Source: Alphaproteobacteria bacterium (lineage in GTDB: Bacteria > Myxococcota_A > UBA796 > CAJQPC01). Taken from it: a DNA stretch of 64,000 nt. The stretch covers positions 31,127-95,126 of the forward strand of contig JACKEV010000010.1 of assembly GCA_020632795.1 (NCBI GenBank), given 5' to 3'. The notes under the pieces were generated by a model, which made no database searches, had not been told where the DNA came from, and saw only the letters and a program-made list of their open reading frames with translations. The position numbers were made by a program, and so were the translations under genes. Below are positions 42,096 to 49,571 of the stretch, piece after piece. Each line of letters begins with the position of its first letter. The first letter of the stretch is position 1.

Positions 42096-43787
42096 ATGAC
42101 CCTGCTCACCCTGCTGCCCGCCGCCCTGGCACAGGCCCCCGCCTACGCCCCGGCCAGCCCCCTGGACGCCCCGGTCACCGGCGGCGAGCTGCGCGTGGCC
42201 GGCGCCACCTCCCTGCCGATGGTGTCCCAACGCTTCGAGGTCGAGCTGCACAGCGGCGTGGCCGCCGTGCACATCACCCAGGTCTTCGAGAACCCCTTCG
42301 ACGAGACCGTGGCGGGCCTCTACGCCCTGGCCCTGCCCCTGGGCTCGGCGGCCACCGAGGTCACCCTGTACGCCGACGACCGGGTCATCGACGCCCGCAT
42401 CGGCACGCTGCCCCCTCGCCCCGAGGGCACGCCCTGGGTGCGGCCCCCCGGGGCGTCGGTGGCCCTGGCCGTGGACGGCGTCTGCCCCGGCTCGGTGCTG
42501 GTCGCCGAGGTCGAGGCCCTGGTCCCGGCGGGCTGGAGCGGCGAGGAGTGGACCCTCTCCCTGCCCATCGAGGCCCCCGTCGAGCCCGTCGCCCCCTGGC
42601 AGAGCCCTGCGCCGCCGGTGACCGAGGTGGCCGTGCGCCACCCCGGCGTGTCCGACTGGACCACCCTCACCCCCGAGCCCGACGCGCCGCTGACGCTGCG
42701 CTGGCCCTCGGTCCCGCTGGCCTGGCTGAGCGATGAGGGGGTGCTCGCCCTGGAGCTGCCCGGCGACGCCGTGGTCCGCGGGGTCTCCTTCCCCGGGCTG
42801 GAGGCGGTGGCGTCGAGCTGGAGGGGGGGCGACGGGGTGCCCTGGCGCATGATCGCCGAGGTGAACGGCGCGCCGTCGGGCCCGGGGGAGGCGGTCGTCG
42901 TGCGCGACGGTGTCCGGGAGCGCCTGTCCATCGACGTCGTGGAGGTCGACAGCCCCGCGATCCCGGCGCTGTGGGCCTCTCGGCAGATGCACGCCCTCGA
43001 CGACCCCGACGCCCGGCGCCGCATCGCTCTGGCCTACGGGCTGCCCGAGGAGGGGCTCGGGCTGGTGCAGGTGGCCTCCGCGCCCTGCCCCTGCGACGAC
43101 GAGCCCCCGCGCTTCGCCTCCGCTGGCTGGGGCCTGGGGGGCATGGGCGCGTCGGAAGGGGCGAGCTGCATCGAGCCCTACCAGCAGCTCGTCGCCGGGC
43201 GGCTGGAGTGGTTCGGCTGCGGGCCAGGGCTGTGGGGCAACGGCATGGGCGGAGGGGGCGTGATGGGCGGCTTCGGCGCCCCCGGGCAGCGGGAGGAGCT
43301 GCCACCAGCCGCCCTGGCCGAGGGCCCCTCCATCGGCATCGGCGGCGTCGTCCAGCGCGCACCCGCGGTGCAGAGGACGCCTGCGCTGGCGACGCTCGCG
43401 CCGAACGCCAGCGCCGAGGGCGCGACCGGCCCCGGCCTGCTGGGCGGGGAGGACCCCTTCGGCGACCGCGCCGAGGACCTCGACGCCCGCCAGCTCCGCG
43501 CCCTCATCGACCAGCGCATCAAGCGCGACCTCAACAGCGTCGAGGCCTGCTACCGCCGCGCCCTGCGCCTGGAGCCGACCCTGGAGGGCGAGGTGGTGGT
43601 GCAGTTCGCGCTGGCCCCCGGCGGGGACGGCCTGCCGGACGACCTCTCCTTGAGCCGCTCCACCCTGCGCGCCCCCAGCGTGGAGGCCTGCGTGCTCGAC
43701 CAGCTCCGGTGGATGAAGTTCCCGACCCCCCTGGAGGCGCCCGTGGTGGTGCGCTACCCGTTCAGCTTCCGGCCCGAGGACGCATAG
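42096..43787 (+). CDS. VIT (vault protein inter-alpha-trypsin) domain protein with AgmX/PglI-type C-terminal domain
   Basis: After the signal peptide, 'LPMVSQRFEVELHSGVAAVHITQVFENPFDETVAGLYALALPLGSAATEVTLYADDRVIDARI' matches the VIT domain pattern. Gly/Met-rich linker. C-terminal about 90 aa ('IKRDLNSVEACYRRAL…VVVQFAL…VVVRYPFSF') resembles the AgmX C-terminal domain. Confidence 0.7.
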   Translation: MTLLTLLPAALAQAPAYAPASPLDAPVTGGELRVAGATSLPMVSQRFEVELHSGVAAVHITQVFENPFDETVAGLYALALPLGSAATEVTLYADDRVIDARIGTLPPRPEGTPWVRPPGASVALAVDGVCPGSVLVAEVEALVPAGWSGEEWTLSLPIEAPVEPVAPWQSPAPPVTEVAVRHPGVSDWTTLTPEPDAPLTLRWPSVPLAWLSDEGVLALELPGDAVVRGVSFPGLEAVASSWRGGDGVPWRMIAEVNGAPSGPGEAVVVRDGVRERLSIDVVEVDSPAIPALWASRQMHALDDPDARRRIALAYGLPEEGLGLVQVASAPCPCDDEPPRFASAGWGLGGMGASEGASCIEPYQQLVAGRLEWFGCGPGLWGNGMGGGGVMGGFGAPGQREELPPAALAEGPSIGIGGVVQRAPAVQRTPALATLAPNASAEGATGPGLLGGEDPFGDRAEDLDARQLRALIDQRIKRDLNSVEACYRRALRLEPTLEGEVVVQFALAPGGDGLPDDLSLSRSTLRAPSVEACVLDQLRWMKFPTPLEAPVVVRYPFSFRPEDA

Positions 43788-45937
43788 CGCCCGAAGCCGC
43801 CGCGCCAGGTGACCTCGTAGAGCGGTTCGGCGCCGTCCCAGCGGAGCACCCGATCGCCCTCCTGGGCCAGCACGCCCTCCTGGCCGGGGTGCTCCACCCG
43901 CTGCAGGCCGCGCGCGACGTGCCACACCGCCGCCGAGCGCGTCCCGTGGGTGCAGATCCACCCGCCGCCCTCGGCGACCTGGACGTGCCGGACCCGGTGC
44001 CCCGTCGACCCCCGGAGGTGCCCGACCGGGGCGCCCTGGGCGTCGAACAGGCGCAGGTCGATGCCGTCGGAGACCACCAGGGTGCCGGTGGTGGTGTCCT
44101 CGTCCACTGCCCGGGCCCCCTCCAGGTCGAGCAGGATGCGGCCGTCGGGGGCCACCAGGCGCAGGCGGTCGCCGAAGGTGTGCACGAGGAGCGCGCCCCG
44201 GGAGGTCCACCCCAGGCCCTGGTGGGCCGCGAGGCCCTGGAGCAGCGTGACGAGGGGCTCGGCGTGCTCATAGCGCCACAGGGACAGCGCGTCGTCGTGG
44301 CGCAGGGCGAGCATGTCCGGGCGAACGGCCAGCGGCCCGGCGCTGGGCAGGGGGCACCACAGCACCGGCGCGCCGCTGAGCCGGTCCCAGATCGCGAGCC
44401 CCTCCCCCAGCGCCAGCAGCCGGTCGTCGTCGATCCAGGCCAGCACCTGCTCGGCGTCGTGCAGGGGGCGGACCCGGTCGCGGTCCCGGTCCCACAGGCG
44501 GGCGTCCTGGGGCGTGTCGTCGGTGGTGTGCCAGGCCAGGGTGCGCCCGTCGGGCGACCAGCAGCCCCCGGGCACCCCCGCCCAGGAGCCCAGCCAGTCG
44601 GTGGACTGGTCGCGCAGCACCTCGCGGCGGGTGTCCACGTCCCAGACCCGCAGGGTGCCGTCGATGCCGGTGGAAACCAGGTGCCGTCCGTCGGCGGACC
44701 AGTCCAGGTCGAAGACGTCACCGACGTGGCCGACCAGGGCCAGGGGCGCGGCGTCGTGGCCCAGGCGGGTGACGAGGATGTCCCCGTCCGGCCCCTGGAA
44801 GGCGAAGCGAGCGTGGCCCGGCGGGGTGGCCCAGGGGGGCCAGCCAGTCCAGCGGCCCCGGGGGCGCAGGGTGGTGGCGTCGAGGACCTCGACCCGGGGG
44901 GGGTCCGCGAAGACCGAGGTGACCAGGAGCGCCCCCGAGGGGGTGAGGCGAGCGGCCTCCAGGGTCACCGAGGGCCCCACCGCGCTGAGGCAGACCGCGT
45001 CGTCGAGGTCCCAGCACTCCAACCGGCTCGGGCCCCCGCGCAGCACGAGCGCGCGCCGGCCCACCACCTGGACCTCGGCGATCGACGCGGCCTCCTCTTC
45101 CGAAGCGTCGTGTTCATCGGTATCATCGATGAACACTGCTCCGAGGGAGGCGCCGGTGGTCGGGTCGATTCGGGTCGCGGTCTCGTCGAGCAGGCGCATC
45201 CACCCCAGCAGCTCCGCGCCGGCCCAGGCGAAGTCCTGCGGCCCCTCCGGGAGCGGCGCCTCCCTCAGCTCGGCGAGGGGCCCGTCCGGGATGCGGACCC
45301 GCAGGAGCCCCTGATCCGGCGCGCAGGACCAGCGGCGCCCCCGAGCGTCCCAGTGGATGTACGACTCGCCCTCCAGCACCTCGACCCGGGCGGGGGGATC
45401 GAGGTCCCACAGCTCGGCGGTGCCCCCGTAGCCCGGCGCGCGGTAGCCCCGCCGCCACAGCGCCACGCGCCGGCCGTCGGGGCGCCAGGAGAACTCGACC
45501 CCGTGGTGAACCGGGGCGGCGAGCGGCCCCAGGCGCTCCCGGGCGCCGCTGCCCACGTCCACCCGGGTCAGCGCGCCGTCGGCGTCGAAGGCATACAGCG
45601 CCCGCCCCCCCGGGCGCCAGGAGATCGGCGCGCGCAGGCCCTCCAGCGCGCAGACCTCCTCGCCCCGGGCGGGGTCCCAGACGTAGACCGCGCCCCGCGT
45701 GCCGATGGCCAGGAGCGCGCCATCGCTGGACCAGGCGAGCCGGTCCAGGTAGGGATCCGAGGCCCGAGGCCGGATCCGGGCCAGCGGGGTGAAGGCGGGC
45801 AGCGCGAGGATCCACACGTCGCAGATCCCCACCTGCGCCTGCCCCACGGCCACCGCGCCGCCGTCCGGGCGCGCCGCGAGGACGGGGTTGCCCAGGTCCA
45901 GGCCGGTGAAGGGCTCGAGGTGTCGGGTGGGATCCAA
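43754..45937 (-). CDS. WD40/beta-propeller repeat protein
   Basis: Repeated 'xxWSxDGxxLAxxxxDGxxRxWD' blades (for example 'DLDWSADGRHLVSTGIDGTLRVWDV'). 727 aa. Confidence 0.7.
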   Translation of the reverse strand: MDPTRHLEPFTGLDLGNPVLAARPDGGAVAVGQAQVGICDVWILALPAFTPLARIRPRASDPYLDRLAWSSDGALLAIGTRGAVYVWDPARGEEVCALEGLRAPISWRPGGRALYAFDADGALTRVDVGSGARERLGPLAAPVHHGVEFSWRPDGRRVALWRRGYRAPGYGGTAELWDLDPPARVEVLEGESYIHWDARGRRWSCAPDQGLLRVRIPDGPLAELREAPLPEGPQDFAWAGAELLGWMRLLDETATRIDPTTGASLGAVFIDDTDEHDASEEEAASIAEVQVVGRRALVLRGGPSRLECWDLDDAVCLSAVGPSVTLEAARLTPSGALLVTSVFADPPRVEVLDATTLRPRGRWTGWPPWATPPGHARFAFQGPDGDILVTRLGHDAAPLALVGHVGDVFDLDWSADGRHLVSTGIDGTLRVWDVDTRREVLRDQSTDWLGSWAGVPGGCWSPDGRTLAWHTTDDTPQDARLWDRDRDRVRPLHDAEQVLAWIDDDRLLALGEGLAIWDRLSGAPVLWCPLPSAGPLAVRPDMLALRHDDALSLWRYEHAEPLVTLLQGLAAHQGLGWTSRGALLVHTFGDRLRLVAPDGRILLDLEGARAVDEDTTTGTLVVSDGIDLRLFDAQGAPVGHLRGSTGHRVRHVQVAEGGGWICTHGTRSAAVWHVARGLQRVEHPGQEGVLAQEGDRVLRWDGAEPLYEVTWRGGFGRYASSGRKLNG

Positions 45938-46017
45938 GGCGCGGCTCCAAGGGGAGCCCCTGATCTAATCCCTCTGCGCGGGGCTACAATGCTGCACCCC
46001 CCGCACAGGAGCCCCCC

Positions 46018-47142
46018 ATGCGCCTCACCCCGCTCGCCGCCCTGCTCGCGGTCGGCTGCGCCACCTACGACACCACCTTCGTCACCGACAAGAGTGACCC
46101 CGGCGACACCGGCTGCCCCGACGCGCAGACCTGGTACGAGGATCGGGACGGTGACGGCTGGGGCGCGGGCAGCGGCGTGACCGCCTGCGAGGCCCCCGGC
46201 GAGGGCTGGCTCACCGACGGCGGCGACTGCGACGACGCCAACGCCGCGATCCTGCCCGGCGCCGACGAGCTGTGCGACGGCCAGGACGGCGACTGCGACG
46301 GCACGGTGGACGAGTCCCCCACCGACGCCTCGACCTTCTGGAGCGACGTGGACGCCGACGGCTACGGCGACCCCGACAACCCCGTCGAGGCCTGCGAGGC
46401 CCCTGAGGGCGCGGTCGACAACGCCGACGACTGCGACGACTACGACCCCAACCAGCACCCCGGCGTCGAGGAGATCTGCGACGGCCAGGACCAGGACTGC
46501 GACGGCGACGTCGACGAGGAGGCCGTCGACGCCTCCACCTGGTACGCCGACACCGACCTGGACGGCTGGGGGGTCGAGACCCCCACCGCCGAGTCCTGCA
46601 CCCAGCCCGAGGGCTACGCCGACAACCCCGACGACTGCGACGACACCGACGCCTCGCTGACCGACAACTGCTCCGGCGGGCCGACCACCTCCGTCGGCAC
46701 CTGCACCGGCACCCTCTACACCTGGACCGAGACCAGCCCCGACACCCCAGAGCTGCACATCGTGGGGCTCTACGAGTCCGACGGCGGCCACGGCAACCCC
46801 CCGGGCACCACCACCATCACCGTCGACCGGGAGACGGAGATGACCCTGGTGCTGTCCAGCTACGAGCCGGTGAACTGGATCGTCACCACCGCCCCCAACA
46901 CCGTGCTCAACGAGGTCATCCTCAACGGCTACAACAACCACTCCGCCACCGTGCCCTCCGGGGTGCCGGTCACCGACCTCAGCGGCCGAGGCAACTACAT
47001 GGTCGCCTGCGGCTACGCCTGGCCCTCCAGCAGCGGCGGCTGCGACACCCCGGGGCTGGTGGGCGGCAGCGAGGGCTTCACCGGCCTGAACCTGGCGAGC
47101 TTCACCGGCTGCTACCACGGGACCGCGTTCACGATCCAGTGA
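46018..47142 (+). CDS. Lipoprotein with MopE-like Cys/Asp-rich repeats and an uncharacterised C-terminal domain
   Basis: Lipobox LAVGC. About 4 MopE-like repeats ('DCDDxDPNQHPGVEEICDGQDQDCDGDVDE…WYADTDLDGWG'). Confidence 0.8.
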   Translation: MRLTPLAALLAVGCATYDTTFVTDKSDPGDTGCPDAQTWYEDRDGDGWGAGSGVTACEAPGEGWLTDGGDCDDANAAILPGADELCDGQDGDCDGTVDESPTDASTFWSDVDADGYGDPDNPVEACEAPEGAVDNADDCDDYDPNQHPGVEEICDGQDQDCDGDVDEEAVDASTWYADTDLDGWGVETPTAESCTQPEGYADNPDDCDDTDASLTDNCSGGPTTSVGTCTGTLYTWTETSPDTPELHIVGLYESDGGHGNPPGTTTITVDRETEMTLVLSSYEPVNWIVTTAPNTVLNEVILNGYNNHSATVPSGVPVTDLSGRGNYMVACGYAWPSSSGGCDTPGLVGGSEGFTGLNLASFTGCYHGTAFTIQ

Positions 47143-49079
47143 GCACCGCCCTGCCCCCTGCTGTTGCCGTCCCTCGGCCCCTCCCCCTGCTGCTCGTGGC
47201 GGTCGCGCTGAGCGGCTGCGGCATCTTCATCACCGAGAAGGAGTACGCCGAGCGCCTGGATCTCGACGGAGACGGGGTCCAGGTCGAGGAGGACTGCGAC
47301 GACCAGGACCCGACCGTCGGGGGGCCGACGACCTTCTACGCGGACGCCGACGGCGACGGCTTCGGCGACCCCGAGGCCGCGACCGAGGCCTGCTCAGCCC
47401 CCGTCGGGTCGACAGACAACGCCGACGACTGCGACGACACCGACCCCGCCACCCACCTCGGCGCCCCCGAGGACTGCGCGGAGGTCGACCGGGACTGCGA
47501 CGGGGTGGGGGTGGAGGACGACGCCGCCGACGCCCCCGCCTGGTACCCCGACGCTGACGGCGACGGCTTCGGCGACCCGGCGAACCCGACGCGGGCCTGC
47601 GTCCAGCCGGACGGCGCCCTGGACAACGCCCAGGACTGCGACGACACCGACCCCGCCATCTACCCAGACGCCCCCGAGCTGTGCGGGGACCTCGTCATCA
47701 ACGACTGCGAGCTGTCCGCCGCCGAGGCCTGGGCGGTCTGCGCGCGGACCGGCGAGGTGCCGGACGACGACGCCGACGCCGCATGGATCGGCGACACCCC
47801 CTTCGGCGCTGCCAGCCTCTCCGTCGCCGGGGTGGGTGACGTCAGCGGCGACGGCCTGGACGACGTGGTGCTCGGCTCCCCCTACGACGACGTCAACGGC
47901 GGCAGCTCGGGCACCGCCTTCCTGGTGCTGGGCCCGGCCAGCGCCCTGGCGACCCTGGACGACGCCGACGCCCTGCTGGTCGGCGAGGCCGGGGGCGCGG
48001 CGTCGGGGTGGTCGGTGTCCGGCGCGGGGGACACCGACGGCGACGCCGCGCGGGAGATCCTGGTCGGCGCGCCCTCCCTGGACACAGTCGTGAGCGACGG
48101 CGGCGCGGCCTACCTGATCGAGGGCCCGGTCGGCGGCACCCTGGAGCTGTCCCAGGCCGACGCCCGCGTCCGGGGCGCCACGGCGTCCGGCGAGCTGGGC
48201 CGGCGGGTGGCCGGCCTGGGCGATGTGAACGGCGACGGCCTCGACGACATCGGGATCACCACCCTGGGCGCCGACACGCAGGGCGTGGTCCTCGTGTTCC
48301 TGGGCCCCCTGTCCGGCGAGGTGGACCCGACGGACGCCGACACCCGGATCGAGGGGGGCCAGGCCGGGGGGCAGCTCGGGGTCGGCCTCGCGGGGCAGAT
48401 GGACCTCGACGGGGACGGCCACGGCGACCTCGCCCTGGGCAGCCCCTTCATCAACGCCGGCCAGCCCGGCGCGGTCGCGGTGTTCGCCGGGCCTCTGCCC
48501 GGCGGGGAGGTGTCGGACAACGACGCCCAGGCCCGGATCCTGAGCGAGGAGGTCGACGACCGCCTCGGCGTGTCCGTGGCCGGGGTCCAGGACCTCGACG
48601 GCGACGGCACTGACGAGCTGATCGTCGGCGCCTCCCAGCACGACGGCGTCGGCAGCAACTCCGGCGGCGCCTGGATCTTCAGCGGGCCGCTCGCCGGCTC
48701 GCTGGCCCGGGACGACTACCGAACCGCCTTCAACGGGGACTCCAGCAACGACGGCGTGGGCACCGCGGTCAGCGGGGCGCGGGCCCAGGCCGGCGCGCCG
48801 GGCTCGGTCTGGATCGGCGCCCCGGGCGAGAGCGCCGGAGGATGGATCGGCGGGGCGGTCTACCTGGTGCACGACCCGGCCCCGGGGCTGCTCACCCTGA
48901 CCGACGCGGACCTCGTGCTGCGGGGCAGCGCCAGCCTGGGGGCCCTGGGCAGCGCGGTGGCCGAGGCCGGCGACGTCAACGGCGACGGCATCCCGGACCT
49001 CGTGGCCGGCGCCCCGGGGGACAGCGCCGGCGCGGGCCTGGGGGGCGTGGGGTACCTGCTGCTGGGGGCGGGGTACTGA
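47139..49079 (+). CDS. Lipoprotein with MopE-like repeats followed by FG-GAP/integrin-alpha-like repeats
   Basis: GTG in GTGA overlap; lipobox LSGC. N-terminal MopE-like repeats. Then repeated 'GxGDVNGDGxDDxxxG' FG-GAP motifs (for example 'VAGLGDVNGDGLDDIGI'). Confidence 0.8.
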   Translation: MSTALPPAVAVPRPLPLLLVAVALSGCGIFITEKEYAERLDLDGDGVQVEEDCDDQDPTVGGPTTFYADADGDGFGDPEAATEACSAPVGSTDNADDCDDTDPATHLGAPEDCAEVDRDCDGVGVEDDAADAPAWYPDADGDGFGDPANPTRACVQPDGALDNAQDCDDTDPAIYPDAPELCGDLVINDCELSAAEAWAVCARTGEVPDDDADAAWIGDTPFGAASLSVAGVGDVSGDGLDDVVLGSPYDDVNGGSSGTAFLVLGPASALATLDDADALLVGEAGGAASGWSVSGAGDTDGDAAREILVGAPSLDTVVSDGGAAYLIEGPVGGTLELSQADARVRGATASGELGRRVAGLGDVNGDGLDDIGITTLGADTQGVVLVFLGPLSGEVDPTDADTRIEGGQAGGQLGVGLAGQMDLDGDGHGDLALGSPFINAGQPGAVAVFAGPLPGGEVSDNDAQARILSEEVDDRLGVSVAGVQDLDGDGTDELIVGASQHDGVGSNSGGAWIFSGPLAGSLARDDYRTAFNGDSSNDGVGTAVSGARAQAGAPGSVWIGAPGESAGGWIGGAVYLVHDPAPGLLTLTDADLVLRGSASLGALGSAVAEAGDVNGDGIPDLVAGAPGDSAGAGLGGVGYLLLGAGY

Positions 49080-49499
49080 TCAGTACCGCACGGTCACCCG
49101 GATCGTGCGCCCCTCGGCCGGCAGGCTGAACACCGCGTCGCCGAAGCTCGGCGGGCCGAAGCTCGCGGGGGCGTCATTGGACACGCCGGCCCCCTCCACC
49201 GGGCCGGGGAAGGGCAGCCAGCGCATGTCCAACTCCCCGTCCCCATCCTCATCATGGATGACCGACACCGCGTAGCGTCCGGCGGGCAGGCCCTCGAAGC
49301 GCGCCGTCAGGGTGTCCCCCGACACCGGCTGGACGACCCGGGCGCGGGCCGCAGGGAGGTCCAGCCAGGCGTCCTCCCGGTCGAACACCGCGATGATGGC
49401 GTCGCCGCCCTTGGGCACCTGCAGCTCCACCAGTTCGACGGTGAGGGTCGCCGCCTCCGCGGAGCCGGCCAGCACGCCAAGCAGCAGGGACGCAACCAT
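49080..49499 (-). CDS. DUF2141-family secreted protein
   Basis: Only the C-terminal 139 codons of the giant track ORF are real: signal 'MVASLLLGVLAGSAEA', then 'IIAVFD…DGDGELDMRWLPFPGPVEGAGVSND', typical of DUF2141. Confidence 0.7.
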   Translation of the reverse strand: MVASLLLGVLAGSAEAATLTVELVELQVPKGGDAIIAVFDREDAWLDLPAARARVVQPVSGDTLTARFEGLPAGRYAVSVIHDEDGDGELDMRWLPFPGPVEGAGVSNDAPASFGPPSFGDAVFSLPAEGRTIRVTVRY

Positions 49500-49571
49500 C
49501 GCGGGCCTCCTGGACACAGGATACTCCGCGAAGCCGATGGGTCGGGGGTCCTCGCGGTGTAGGCTTCCAGG

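Noticed and set aside
43754-45937. Calling the WD40 protein a TEP1 (vault minor protein) homolog
   Set aside because: It lacks the TROVE and NACHT domains and is only a generic beta-propeller. It is mentioned only as a neighbour worth testing for association.
42971-46180. 1069-aa plus-strand ORF
   Set aside because: Antisense or out-of-frame to the VIT and WD40 genes. Arg/Pro/Gly rich.
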